A stretch of DNA of 61,821 nucleotides, counting the filler, from Platydemus manokwari (lineage: Eukaryota): assembly GCA_037951405.1 (NCBI GenBank). It is 6 parts of 6 records of this genome, joined end to end, with 100 filler letters (N's around TTAATTAATTAA, not from the genome) between each part and the next. Parts side by side here need not be neighbours in the genome. Positions count along the whole stretch, not along the records: positions 10,297 to 19,835 come from JBBMOY011235320.1; positions 19,936 to 28,735 come from JBBMOY011347982.1; positions 28,836 to 38,599 come from JBBMOY011208210.1; 3 more parts are not named here. One strand, given 5' to 3'. The notes under the pieces are model-generated. The model ran no database searches and was not told the DNA's origin. It saw only the letters and a program-made list of their open reading frames with translations. Both the position numbers and the translations under genes were made by a program. This document shows positions 15,051-29,419 of the stretch, piece by piece (the first letter of the stretch is position 1; every line of letters starts with the position of its first letter).

Positions 15051-17302
15051 GAAGGTTTTTGTCATGGTTTCAAAAGGAATGAATAATATAATATAAGAAA
15101 AGGTGCTCAGACTTCAAGCCAAAGTCATTTAGATGTCCAAACGTTTAAATAACTTCTTAAACCTCGATATTACAATGAAGGACTAATTTGATCATGAGTT
15201 TTGTGAATTTTTCCTTTGATTTTGAATATATAAAAGAATTAATTTTTCTAAATTTTATGTTTAAAATATATTATTTCGACTAATCATAGAGAGAGATTTG
15301 TTCTGCAGGTGTCTAAAATCTAAAAACAGATTAATGTAAATAATTATAAAAATTAAAGATATGCTAAAAATTAATTATATTAAACAACATTTTAAACCAT
15401 AAAGATGTCGAAAGGTATAAGAGAATAAATTTTAATTTGAAAAGAATGAAATTTTACTAATTATGAGATCATAAATCTAAAATTATTTATTTAATATGGA
15501 ATTAACCACTAAAAACACAGTACAATTAGCGAGTCATCTCAGTCAAAATACAAAATTAACTTGAAGTGTAAATCGAGGAAAAAGCCGAGACTCTTAAATT
15601 AGAAAATATTAAAAATGTGCAGTAGAGAAATAAAAATACAATTGGAAGAAAGTGTTAAAGTATTATCAATGCACAACAAGGAAATTATTTCAAAATTTGA
15701 GAAATACAAGCATCAAAGTATTTTAAGTACGTAATGCAGTTAATAAATGTATCTACAGACTTATATTAAAATCTATATTAAATAAAAGAAATATTGAAGA
15801 TGTTTATTGTTCCAGAATCTGGCACGCATACTTTTTTAAAACTAACTTTAATTAGAGTTTGAATATAAATATCTGTCGTGGTGTCCTGTAATATTATATT
15901 CTTTAAGAGTTTTGTTTTCATATAGGACCTAACTTTAAATTTAAATTAAAGTAGATCGAAGTCACCGGCTGTGTTAATGCACAACAATAAGTGACGAGTT
16001 ACAGCCAAAGAAGTCCAACGAAGTTATTAATTTGATGGTTATCGGGTCTATTTTAAAATAATATTTAATAAAATAATATTTGGATATTTTGAAAAGTAAT
16101 GCTTTTGTTTTGTGTTCTGAGTTTTTGAGGTTTAATAATAAAAAGTGTTAAGTCAAAAATGAAGGAAAAATAGATAAAATAAAATAATGTCGATACTTTC
16201 AAAATAATCAATCACAATGGTTATTCCTGATTTTAAATCACATCAATTTATAAATCTTATTCGTTTTGAATCATAAGTAAATCTTAAACACCCCAGCCAT
16301 ATAAACCTCTATATAGTTTAGCTGCAGGAACAAAGTAAACAGGAGTGAAGTCACAAATCTTAAATGGATGTGACAATATAATGGTATTTATAATTTAAAC
16401 AATGATTTTTATCATCTACGAAAAGTCTAGTAAAAAAAATTAATGTAATAGAAATAATTACCTAAAATAAATTCATAAGCATTGACTTTGACATATTTTT
16501 AAAAATAAAAATAAATAAATAAAATAGAAAGAAAATAATAATTGTTAAAATGAAATTATTATTGATAAAAAAATATATATTAAAATAAAATTATATTAAA
16601 ATTATAGCGTAAAATTAAATATTTAAACAAATTCAATTTGTTTATTTGAATAAAAATTAATATAAATTTCCAAATTAGGAAATTATTGATTTGAAATTTT
16701 ATACATGCAAAATTAATGGCGAGGAGATTGTTGCAGTGTTGCTAGCAAAATAGTAATTAAAGGGATGGCAGTCAGTTGAGGACTGCCATTAAGAAATAAA
16801 GCGGACTCTTGAAGATTATTGTGGTAAAAGTGATTAGTAGAGTAAAATAGTAGAGTAAAAATAGTAGAGTAAAAGTATTTGTTATTGCAAATGACATTTA
16901 TCGTATCGTAATAGTATTTACGAACGAAGTAGTAAGGTCAGGAGTAGATACTTGACTGGTACTTACAATTTTGTGTCCTGACTCGTTCTGATTTTTATTG
17001 ACAGAATTACTTAATGACTCGATCGTTGTGATTAATTCTTGTTCAGTGACAGCTTATACAGTGTCATAATAAATAAATCTTAGTGATCAACTTATTTGTC
17101 TTTTCGAATCAGATTAGTAAGTTAATAGTGTATTGTTGTGCTCTACACCAGGTAGACCCAATAATATTGGCATTTCATTTTTATCATTACGAAAATTTCA
17201 TATTAGTAATAATGATAATTTGTAATGATTTTAATTAAAATGATTATTATTAAGATTACACAAAAACTAATTATTTCATAAATTTGCTATTCTTATATCA
17301 AG

Positions 17303-17901
17303 GTAAAATGATTTGGTCACGAAGTTTATACGAAAAATTAGAAGAGCCATTACTTATTTTCAAAACTTATCAACCTGATGTTTTTATTAGCCGAGAGGGC
17401 CAGAAAATAATTGCGAGGTATAATCGAGTTTGCCAAACGTTGATTTCATACGAAATTTTGAATTATAGAGCTTGGAGAAAAATGGTAAATTTTAAATCAT
17501 ATTATTAATATTTACTGTATATATCAGTGGCACCCAGGAGATTGAAAAATATTAAACTAATCTACTTAAGGAATACTGAGATTCAATTTTTATTAGTAGT
17601 TTTAAAGAGTACAGTCGTTTTTATTTATGGTGATACTATTACAACACTTTCGATTTTTTCGATTAAAGATATGGAATATATCATTGTTAATATGACATTG
17701 GAATATTATTGCTATTATTAATATATCTCAACAGAAAAAGAAAATAAATAATGTTTTTATAAAATTTCCGGAATTGAATAGTTATGCTCTGGTTGAAAAA
17801 GTTTGAGAATAAAAGAATGAATAATCAAGAATTGAGTATTCAACCGATATTACTATTTTTAAGGAAATACGTCTTTGTATTTTCATTTTTATGCAAATAC
17901 A

Positions 17902-17962
<61 letters not shown>

Positions 17963-18831
17963 TTATTAGATACGTCATCGTTCTCAAGGTCTTAGAGCTT
18001 CCATTCTAGTTCTTAGTAAAGCCGAACCTTATCCAAATTTATTTGTGAATTTTGATCCGGATATTTCCACATTATTTAGAGAGATGCGATGCATGGAAAA
18101 GGCAATGTGTCCCATTCCTTATCAAGTAAAATATCTCAAAATCATGATTCCGACATTTTTGAGATATAAGATGGAGTTACAAGTGAGTTTAGGTCATAAA
18201 AGAATTTTCAAACAATGAATTAAACTTATCAAAAATAAAGTTATTATTGTATTTAGTAGAAATAAATTAATATTCAATGCATAATACAAAGATATTTGTA
18301 GGGTTTGGTTGATCAATATACGGATATCATTAACAGACTTCCTTCTGAATACGAAAAATTGGTAGCAGTTAAATTTTATCAATTGCAAATGACCCTGTCA
18401 CCAGGGTTAACCGAGCATGACTGGTGTAGCATGAATATCGATTCATTTATTTTGGTTGGTTACGTTTACGTTCTTGAATCTTTCATAATTAGTTTAGAAA
18501 AACAAAGACAACTTTAATCAGTGGATAGCAATGCTAGACAGAGTGGAAAATATTCGAACATACAGAGTAGAGAAAATCTTCGAGAGAATTTCTGATAAAA
18601 TTTTCATTACTTTTCCTGAATATAGTGAACAAAATCGAACAACCTATTCACTAAATGAATATACAGAAATCACTACACGACAGACTCGTGCAGCAGCTAT
18701 TGAAATAAACAATCTTACCAAAATTGCTCTGGAATCCACGCAAGAAATTTTGAATATTCTTTTAATCGAATTTGACGAATTCATGAAGCTTAATGGATCG
18801 AATGCATTTCTTGCTGAAGAAACTGGAACGA
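17303..18831 (+). CDS. Axonemal dynein heavy chain (DNAH5/DNAH8-like), N-terminal tail region 1; four internal exons 17303-17484, 17970-18182, 18302-18454, 18498-~18831
   Basis: Spliced translation gives GKMIWSRSLYEKLEEP...YNRVCQTLISYE..YRAW, then LFVNFDPDISTLFREMRCM, then PGLTEHDWCSMNIDSF, then LDRVENIRTYRVE, matching DHC_N1 motifs of outer-arm dyneins. All three introns are GT-AG and keep frame. The rest of the gene was not found in the window. Confidence 0.85.
17903..17963. repeat. (TTA)n microsatellite at the 3' end of a dynein intron
   Basis: About 20 uninterrupted tta units immediately upstream of the AG acceptor at 17968-17969. Confidence 0.95.
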
Positions 18832-19835
18832 GTTAGCGAAATTAGAAATTTAGTTATCATTTTTAATAAGTTATCTTTTTAGAAAATCTTTCATAAATCT
18901 TAGAATAATTTTCATATAAAAGCAATTAAATTTGTTAGAATATGAAGAAATTTAAATTAAGTTTTACTTTATATTATCTTATAATATCATGTCATGGCAT
19001 CCAAATATATTTTTTTAAAATAAAATCTAGATTACAATAAGGGAAAGTATTAATTATAAAATGTTGAAAGTACTGTCTGTGTTCAGTTTATTATAATATT
19101 AATAAAAACTATTATTAAAAAAATAATTAAAAACGAGTTAAAACGAGTTAAAAACAAAATGCAATGAATGAAGGATCTTAGATTCAACTACAAGAAGCAA
19201 AAGGTTTTGTCACCAAAATAATAATTTGTCAAATCTAACTTTAAAATAATTTTTAGCTGAATTTAATAATTGTAGATATGTTTCTAAATTATATAATATC
19301 TTTTTTCCACCAGTCCAGACAACCTAATTGGATCAAATCTGTTAAAGTGATATTAAAAAATTCAGAAATTTTAAAATATTTCATAGACATTACCTTAAAC
19401 ACATTTTGATATTAAGAGATGTGATGTTAAACAAAAGAGTTATTAGTAAACTATAAATGGTGAATGGATTTTCTATTACAGCGATATTGTGTGATGTGAG
19501 ATTAACCAGAGATGAATAAAAATTCTTATCGTATTACAATTTTACAAAAAAATGTTGTGGTTTTTGACACTATGCCTCGTACTACTCAATTTTTAATACG
19601 GGTCTTTCTCTTAATCATATTATGTTCTAATTCGGATTACCCTCAAAGGTTGTGTTTAAAAATTTATTTATTATAAAAAAAAAGTCTCTGTTTCTAAAAC
19701 AAAAAACAACAAAACACAATATAATTTATAATCACATATTTATTCTCATTGGTATTAATTATAGCGTAATTCATATATAGGGCGGCAAATTTTAATTTTA
19801 AATATTATAAAAGTTAAGAATTTATTTAACAAAGT

Positions 19836-19935
19836 NNNNNNNNNNNNNNNNNNNNNNNNNNNNNNNNNNNNNNNNNNNNTTAATTAATTAANNNNNNNNN
19901 NNNNNNNNNNNNNNNNNNNNNNNNNNNNNNNNNNN
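19836..19935. other. Artificial assembly spacer
   Basis: N44-TTAATTAATTAA-N44. Confidence 0.97.
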
Positions 19936-22900
19936 AATAGAATTAAAAAAACAATATGGTTAAAAAATATTTTGAATTAATTATTGAAAAAGAAATAAAG
20001 CTAAATTTAAAAATAACACATTAGGGATGTATTTGTAAATTGTTAAATAATTTATTTTACGGAACAACTTTAAAAGTAAGCAAATGAAAAATTAATAAAA
20101 TCGTTTTAACAAATAAGTGTTTCAATTATTAGCAACAAAACCAATATATCTAAGATATATCATGAAAGTTCTGCAGCGTGCCAGGTGAAAATATTTAAAA
20201 TAAAATGCGATAAATTTCATTATTTAGGATATTTTGTTTTAGTATTTAGAGTTTTTAATGTATGCCTTGGTTTATGATTTTATTGATAAATTGTTTTCCA
20301 ATAAAAATATATTCATTTCGGAGATACATAAATTTTTACGTCGGTTTTATTTTAAACTAGAATAAAGATAAAAAGTATATTAAAGAAAAATGAAATATTT
20401 TATCTTTAAAGATGAAAAACTTAATGAAACATTTAAATTGTTATATTTTATAAAATCAAAATCAAGCACATGTGATGCAGTTGAAATAAACAAACGATAT
20501 TAGTTTTAGTTAAAAATGGTGTATATTAATGAAAGATTAAAGACAGACATGTTGAAAACTAATAAAATCAGTTCATAACATTTATTAGTATAAACACGGT
20601 AAAATACTATTATCGCCTTTTGATGACAAAATATTAATAAAAATATGGAAATTACTTTTTGTGAGGAAATAAATTTTCAGCTTAGCACTATTTAAATAAA
20701 TATAATTTTGTTTGGAGAAAAAGGAAAGTTTTAGTAAATTCATAAATTAATAAGATTGATTTTAAACAGAGATATTCTGGCTAATCTTTTAAATTAAAAA
20801 AAACACTTCCATCCTTTGTATCTATGCAACATTCATCCTTATTTTTTTTCTATTCATCTTTTCCAAAAAATTTCTGTTCAAATGTAAAATTTTGACTTTT
20901 CATTGTTTCATCTAATGTTTTTCGCTTTTTAACATTGAAATTATTTTATCACATATCTTTTTATTATATTATTCAATTTTCATGTATTTATTCCCACCTG
21001 AAAAACAGAGTAAACACTATAAGCTTAATAAACTATTAGTCTTTATCTACAGACTTTTCCAAAGCATTATGTTTTCAGTAAATTCAATGTATATTACAGT
21101 ATATTTTTGCAAATCTAATAGTAAAGTTCAGAAACTTGGTTCTTAAAGTTTCCTTATATTCTTTCCTTTGTATCATTTTGCGGTCGTGAATTAGCTTGAT
21201 TCTCCATTTCCTATATGAATTAACTGTTAAAGTTCCTTTAAACTTAGTATGAAAAACTTTGTAAATAGAGAACTTTATTGTGAAAAACTATCTTCCATGA
21301 ATAAGTTTAAGTGTATCTTTTTGTATATTATATAATATTCAAAAAATGTTTAAATTAATAATCGGTACAATGCGTTTAATCTGAATAAAACTATGTATAA
21401 CTATTTTTATGAAATTCATCTATTAAATTTTCTCTTTAAATCGTATTTTAATCAGAGAAGCTATTGGTAAATATATAAAAATATTTAATTATTTATATTT
21501 AAATATGTTAGGTTTAGGTCTACAGAAACTTAACTGCTCGATCAAGTTCTTTTCTGATTCCTTACTTATGTCCGGTGCACACCAAGATTTGACACGTCTT
21601 TATAAAACAGTTTACACTAACGATAACAACAAGGATCACAAGTCCCAAAAAGTTATGTCAATAAACCGAGGACTAGGTCTCGGCACTTCTCTTGAATACT
21701 TTAGCTCAGAAACTGCTTCTGGCTAATAACACACTATACTACTCTACTGCTAACCGGTTTAGCTCAGTAAACCAATACAATATACCTTTACAATACGTTA
21801 AACTACGCCCGTACAACTACATTGGTTACAGGGTTTAATATACTGTTAATAACAACCATATTACCTTTTATGAAGTTTTTTTTATCATAACCCAGTTTAT
21901 TATTTTTGGTTGAAATATTTTAATAATTATTACATAACTCAGTTTATTATTAATTTTATCATAACTCAGTTTATTTTTTTTGTCTTTTGACATTTTGATT
22001 GATTAAAAATGCCTATGGCATTTGGGATAAAGAAAGAAATTTTGTCAATTTTTTATTATCTCTACTTGTTTTCTCTATTTAACAAATATAAACGAAATAA
22101 TAAAAAAACCATTAACAAACCTCCATATATTAAAATGGCTTATATCCAATTTAAAAAAGTCCAATGAATATATACCCGCGTAAAATTAATTTAATAATCA
22201 TTTTTAAATGTATGTCATGTTTATTGTTAATTGGTTTAAATTTATTATTTTTATATTGATTCCATTTTAGTATATGGAATAGGTTCGAAGAGTAATGTCA
22301 ATGACTTTCACAATCTCTGTCAAAATTGAACTTCACAAACCCATTGTCCACTATTTCTCTGAATATCATGACCTGGACTATTGTCTTATCCGACGTAATT
22401 GTCATTTATTTATATTGTCATAATATATTAGCATAAATTTGTTTGTCATCTTTTAAAATGTATTTATAACATAAGCTTATCCTTCCATGGGGTGTTCATT
22501 TGTTGGATACTAGCCCCATTCCATATTGTAATTGTATATGATCTTAAAGTCACAACTACCCCCATAGTGTACATAAGTCTAAAAGTCAAAAGCACATATA
22601 GCCCGCCGTATGATAAAATTCTAAGATAGTGTATACCTTAATTGTGGACTGACAAACCGAGAAACAGAGCATTAAACAAAGTCATACCCAACAATGTCAA
22701 CAATATTCAATACCCAACAGTGTCAACAATATTCAAACTGTCTTTATTTCGTAAACGCTTGATAAATAGTTAATTGTTGTGTTTCAACTATCTATATTAT
22801 GTGAATCATTACTAATCAATTATTCCTTATTTATATGCTCTTATAATTAACAATTGATGTGTTGACAATTCAATTATTGTGATTATTATAAATGTTTATT

Positions 22901-23449
22901 TACAAGGGCGGAGTGGATGGTGAAAGTGGGAGATGAGTGCCGACGCGGAGAAAGTAATAGGAAATGATAAACTAATAAAAATATATTAAGGGATATTAAG
23001 TCAAAAGATAGGTAAATAATAAATAATAGAAATAAATAGATAAGTAGATAATAGAATAAAATATGATAGCTAATAAATATTAGAAAAATAATAAAGTAAG
23101 ACAATTATTAGAAATTACAAAATAAGATAAATAATAATTATTAACCATATCCCGTTCATAAACATTGTATAATTTTAATAATATTTTAACATTATTATAA
23201 CATTTTGTAACGATAATAATATTTTACATTGTTGAGAGTGGGCAACTAATATCTTCCATCTTTAATAATCAACTACTTCGTCCGTCTTACGTATTTACCG
23301 GTTAATCGCTCAGGCGAGGTACTGTTTATTTTGCAAAAAATCTTTTGTTGTTTGTTTTTTATTATAATTGTTCTGTTTTCTATTTCAATATTAATAAAGA
23401 TTTGTCGTATCACGCATTTTGTCTCAACTATGATTTATTCGTGGGACAT

Positions 23450-24050
23450 CAATTACATTCTTAACAGCAAAGGGAATAATTTTTAAAAGCTATTTAAGTT
23501 ACCATGTTATTATAAACTAACTCGATTTCATTCGAGATTTACGATTTTTCATCGTTTCAAGCTCATAGCAACATCAGTTTCTCTGCGCACAGGTCTTCAG
23601 TCTATATTTATAATTTTACCAGTAATTTGATCTTCATACCGGTTATTGAAGTCCCAAAGAACCAGCAATATTTAAAATAAATCGACAACTCAATAACATA
23701 TTTAAGACATTGATTGTTGTTAATGAGGTAATTTTTGATATAACAGTTCAATTACGAAAATTTTCTGTTTTTGTTATTAAATTGATCTATTCCTTGGGTA
23801 CGATTATGCTAATTTTTCTTATTCCAATTAAGGTTCTTTTGAAATTAAGTAAAGATTCTTCTCAAATTTGACCACTTAAACTATAAATCAAGGTCTCTTT
23901 CAATACCTTGGGTGCAAATTTTCATTAGTGATAAAATGGTTCATTGCCGTTTATATTAAGTCTGCCTATAAAACCAATCCCACCAAAGATAACTTGATTA
24001 CAGGAACAATCTTGTGATAGTAACCACAAACAAAATTCGATATCATAAAG
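23450..24050 (-). pseudogene. Heavily decayed LTR-retrotransposon RT-connection/RNase H remnant
   Basis: Minus-strand fragments LSLVGL, FKWSNL..ESLLNFKRTLIG and ETDVAMSLKR weakly resemble the gypsy SFLG, F.W..AF..LK..L and ELLAVV motifs; many stops and shifts. Confidence 0.25.
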
Positions 24051-24719
24051 TTACAGTAATTGAGTTAAGGTTTAAAATCAGTTAACTATTAATTTAATTC
24101 CTGGCTTAGTCTTCAAACTAAGCACAGAATCCCCGAGCATTTGTTTAGAATATTACCAATGTGCAGATTTGGCATATATAATTTTAGCTAAGAAAATTAT
24201 CAAATTCTATATAATATTATCAAGGCGGATTTTTCAAATTGAACTTTCAAATTAAATTAGTTTATTTGATATACTAATATCATTTAATGACGATGCATTT
24301 TTGTTGTGAATTTATTCATGTAATACTTCTGACAACTTAATACGATGTTCAACAGATCACTATACAATCATATGAATATTTATTTAATAATTATTTGCTA
24401 ACTATAAATTTTCTTTTTATTAGCGGTTCTTTATGTTATCATTTTGTATGAAAATGAAATTATAAGTACAAAAAATTGTCCTTAACTCTGATTTTTGTAC
24501 AACTTTTATGTAAAATTACAATTATCAAACTTTATGTTGCAATAAAAAAAGGTTAAAAAGTAATAAAAATGAAAATTGATGTTTTATTTATATTAAATTG
24601 TTCATTATATCATTTATACTACAAAAATTAATATATTTAACTCAATTTTCTTCTGATTCGATGAAATTGTTTTAATACTTAATTTTGTTATTTTGTTAAA
24701 ACTATCATAATATTGGACA

Positions 24720-27021
24720 ATGACATGGGGATTTAAAACTTGTGGTCCAAATGAGGCTATGGTTGTTTCGGGTTAGATTAATTATCTCGACATTATTATA
24801 ATATTATATTGTACATTGTTATGTAATAGGTTGTTTTTATGGGAAGCCTCATTTGATTTCTGGTGGCCGTGTTTTTGTTCTTCCAATATTTCAAAGAGTT
24901 GATAGGTAAATAATTGGACTTGCAATTTTTAAATTTATTATTAAAGAATATCTCTGAATATTATGACACTGAAGATTGAAAGTCCAAGAATTTATACACA
25001 ACTTGGAGTTCCTATTACAGTCACAGGAGTTGCCCAGGTAAAATGTAGTTGATATTTTTTGTAATATTGAATGATATTTTTGAATAAATATTTACTAATT
25101 ATTTAAATTTATCTATTATTATTTATTGAATCAACGTTTTAACACTTTAATTTGGGTATCTATTCAATGAATACATTTTTAAGAATAAATAATCATAATT
25201 TCAATTGATATCAAAATTGTTTAGAATTTCTTTTGAGTTTCCTTATATTTTCTTTTTGACAAATTGTGGCGACTATGAAGTCAACTGATTTTTGTTTCTC
25301 ATAATTATTTATGTTATCTAAAATTTTTAAAAATAATATGGAATTTTTAAACGCAATTAAAATTGTTTAACTTTATACTTATTATTTTCATCAAAATATG
25401 TTTATATTTCGAGTAATTAAATCTAAAGTTAGAAGTAGCTTTAACGAAAATTATCAAAATTCAATTAAATTAAAAAACAAATTAGTTTAAAAGATCTGGA
25501 TTTATGATTTCAGTTAAAGAATTAATAATCATTTCTAGAATAAATTTATCAATATCAGCGATAGTTGTTGATGTCTAATCAAAAATGAATTTTATCTTTG
25601 ATGTTTGTGTTTTGATTAATTTCTAATAATAGAAATTTTCATTTATTTTCGATAAAAATTTTTGGATTACTTGATTAATTTTTTGATTTTAATATTTATA
25701 AATCTATCATCCGGAATCAATTATAGTTCGGAGGCAAATTCAAATTAATTAAATATATTGTTAGATGTAAATGAACCAAATTGTAAAATACTATTTCATT
25801 ATTTTAATTTTGAATATTAGGTGAAAATTCAAAGCTCCAATAAAGAAATGCTCGCAACAGCTTGTGAACAATTTCTTGGTAGATCCGTTCATCAGATTAT
25901 GGATGTTGCTAAAGAAACTCTTGAAGGTCACCAACGAGCGATAATGGGTAATATGACCGTCGAAGAAATATATATGGATAGAAAGAAATTTTCCAAACAT
26001 GTTTTTGAGGTGGCCTCGTCCGATTTGGTAAACATGGGAATTAGTGTTGTCAGTTACACGCTGAAAGATATTCACGATGAAGAAGTAATTGTTGGGTTTC
26101 GATCGAATCGATTATTTGATATTTTTTTCTAAAGGGTTATCTGAAATCTTTAGGCTTAGCTAGAACGGCACAGGTGAAAAGAGACGCTCGAATGGGAGAG
26201 GCAGAAGCTCAAAGAGATGCTGGAATCAAGCAAGCAAAAGCTGAAGAAATGCAGGTTTCATCAAAACTGGCAAATGGAACAATGATAGCACAAGCTGAAA
26301 GGGATTTCCAATTAAAGAAAGCCGAATTTGATAAAGAAATCGAAACGAAAAAAGCCCAATCAAAATTGACATATGACTATCAAGTTATTTATTTATTTTT
26401 ATCAAAATAAGATTTATCTGATTTTCAATTTCGAGGTTGCTGTGACGAAACAACAAATCAAGGAAGAAGAAATGCAAATAAAAGTCAATGAAAGATCACA
26501 ACAAGTCAAACTACAGGAACTTGAAATTCAGCGACGAGATAAAGAGCTCGAAGCCAAGGTACGAAAACCGGCTGAAGCTGAAGCTTATCGAATGCAAAAA
26601 ATTGCAGAAGCGGAAAGGCTTAGAATAATCAAAGAAGCTGAAGGAGAAGCAGAAATGATTCGTTTGAATGGAGAAGCAAAAGCTTATGCAATAAATGAAG
26701 TGGCCAAAGCAGAAGCTGAACAAATGGTGAAAAAAGCTGAGGCCTGGAAAGAGTATGGAGTATGATTTTGTCAATACGAATTAGAAATATGGTTTATCAA
26801 TAATGACAATTTAGAAAGCAGCAAAACTAGAAATGTTTCTCAACACAATACCTAAATTAGCAGCAGAAGTAGCAGCTCCTCTTTCATCGTGCCATAAAAT
26901 CACAATGGTTTCATCTGGTTCTGGTGATCTTGGAGCTAACAAAATAACAGGAGAAGTCATTAATATAATGGAGACCATGCCAAATCTCTTGAAAGGAATG
27001 ACTGGTTTTGATATAGCCAAG
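24720..27021 (+). CDS. FLOT1: Flotillin-1; exons 24720-24771, 24830-24905, 24947-25037, 25821-26084, 26135-26383, 26436-26759, 26815-27021, with the last few codons unresolved
   Basis: [91 protein letters not shown] and [12 protein letters not shown] are flotillin-1 signatures. All introns are GT-AG and keep frame. Confidence 0.96.
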
Positions 27022-28735
27022 GTAAATTTTATTGAATAGGTTGATTTTGTCGATATGATTATTATTTACAATTGTAAATCAAATATATATATATGTGTGT
27101 GTGTGTGTTGATGCGATCTATGGGTTTGCAAAATGTATTGATTATCCCTTAATCCATATCTATAAATCCACACAAATATTCCTTATCAAAAGTCAACCTA
27201 TAAAAAAATAATTAAAACACATTTAATAAAAGCTGTTCAATTTTTTCTGTTTTCTGGAATATTATGTGTAGGTGTTATAAATGTACAACAAATTATCTAG
27301 GGATTTATATACATAGTGCTTATATTAATATTATTTATGGTAATAAAATATATTCATGTTTAATATTTCTAAAATATTATAGCGATATTGTGAATCAGAC
27401 TAGTGTATTTTCATTTTGTGGAAAACTTTATTTTTATTCTTTTTAAAATTTTATTGATTTGTATTCGGTATTCTCTTCAAGTATCATTTTTTAAAAAGCC
27501 TTTCAGAATGTAAGCATGTACTATGAGTACTCAATTCTTTACATTAATTTATAACTAATAGCTTGAAATAACTACTTCCCTTTTGTTTTCAGACCATTTT
27601 CATATGTATTAACAGATCACGTTATTAATGAATACTTCTTTAGAAAAAGTATGTATTTAAAATTATTCAGAAGATTTTTAGCAGTACCAACTTGTATGTC
27701 AGGGTCATGCAGTACTTAGGTTCTAGATGAACAAAAAATAAATTCGATATTTGATATAGTGTTGGCTATGTGCCAGAAAATATTTTTATTATATTTCATG
27801 TGAGGATTTTAAAATTTTTACATTTTATTTTTTAAAAAATCAAATATTATAAAACGATAATTTGTTTAAAATTATATTGAAATATACTTTCTGTATTGCC
27901 TTTTAAAAAATCGTGTAGAATGAGCATTTAAGGAAATAGTAATAGATAACATCTCAAATGATAATTCAATTAATTCAGCGATATCATATTCCTCCAGTTT
28001 ATACTGGATTTCATAATTATTGTTATACATGTCTTGATATCTTATGGATTTCAGAAACAAATTTCTTATTTTAAATTATATTATATAAATATCAACACCA
28101 TTTTATGCAGCGCCATACCAATTATAACCAATAACATTATTTATTCTTATTTGTAATTCTAATCATGGTCCGAATTTCATGGATGGGATTATTGCCGAAG
28201 ATAAATAACATAAGGAATATTCAGAAATTGATGAGAGCTTACAATCAGATAAAATTGGTTGAATTATTCTTTCGATAGTTATTACGAATTCTATGGCAAT
28301 TATAATAATTACTCTTTAAACATTAATGATCTGGAAAATAATTGGATTTAAATTGACTAGTCTAAATTTTTTAACAGTTATTAAGAAAAATCTAATAACT
28401 AAGAGAAGCCCAAAATATTGAGATAATGAATATTTATAGAAATAATTTACTATACAGCTAAAATCAAAAAATAATCGATATTTAAATTTACAACTTTTAT
28501 GAAAATCTGATAAAAGTTCAAGATCCAAATGGATGATTCTGTCAATTTGTGAATTTAAAATGTGTTATCCACAGATTATTGAAATCATTTGATTCATTTT
28601 ATTATCAGTAGTCTCGATTTGATGATGTTATGTAAAATTTTGTCAATGAAATAAAATTACATTGATTATTTATGTTTTAGAATATGACAGTTCGATCCAC
28701 GTAACAACATGAATTTATTTAAGATCTGACTTTTT

Positions 28736-28835
28736 NNNNNNNNNNNNNNNNNNNNNNNNNNNNNNNNNNNNNNNNNNNNTTAATTAATTAANNNNNNNNN
28801 NNNNNNNNNNNNNNNNNNNNNNNNNNNNNNNNNNN
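28736..28835. other. Artificial assembly spacer
   Basis: N44-TTAATTAATTAA-N44. Confidence 0.97.
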
Positions 28836-29419
28836 TAAATAATCAGTTAAACAACCTTAACAAATAAGGTTCAAATATATCGATCACTTTTTTAATAAGT
28901 TAATAAAACATAATCAAATCACAATTTCTGATTACAATTTATTGCACAGAATTAATTGGTAATATTAATTATGCATAAGCTTGTTTTCTTCACGACGGGT
29001 TGGGAGATTTCCTCATGTCATCAAAAATAAATGTAATTTTCTTTTATTGCGAACTGAGTTTCATATGGATTTGATATTCGTCTTTGATCCATGATAAAAC
29101 TAAGACTTATTTCACATAAACATAATTTTCTTGGCAATGTGGTGTACATGTCCTCACATCAATATACATTATATACAATTGCATTCTTTCAATGATTCAT
29201 TCGTCTTCGAGATTTTTTACTCAGTTTTCTCATGTTTCATTCGATAGATATCTATCAATCCGTAGTTGTTGTGCTCAGTTGGTTGAAGGCCCTTGTCCAC
29301 GATAGTGACTTAAGTTTCCGTTGATTAGTGTGTGCTTTATATGTTTCAAAGGCATCTTTTAATAGTGTTGCAATCAGGAAGCCTGCAATGTATGTAATCT
29401 GTGCTTTGTCAAGGCCGAT

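Noticed and set aside
16765-16789. 9-bp GC-rich hairpin (atggcagtc/gactgccat) as a Helitron end or terminator
   Set aside because: No CTRR-T terminus at the expected distance; more likely part of an LTR-like repeat at ~16730-17165.
17784-17969. ORF with a poly-leucine tract
   Set aside because: Translation of an intronic (TTA)n microsatellite.
21880-22737. Short direct repeats (cataac(c/t)cagtttatt x3; 26-bp cccaaca.tgtcaacaatattcaa x2) as CRISPR-like arrays
   Set aside because: Only 2-3 copies with irregular or no spacers, in a eukaryotic context; simple slippage duplications.
27264-27446. Cys-rich ORF MCRCYKCTTNY as a Ly6-like or peptide-family member
   Set aside because: No signal peptide and no matching Cys framework; it may only overlap a candidate last flotillin exon.
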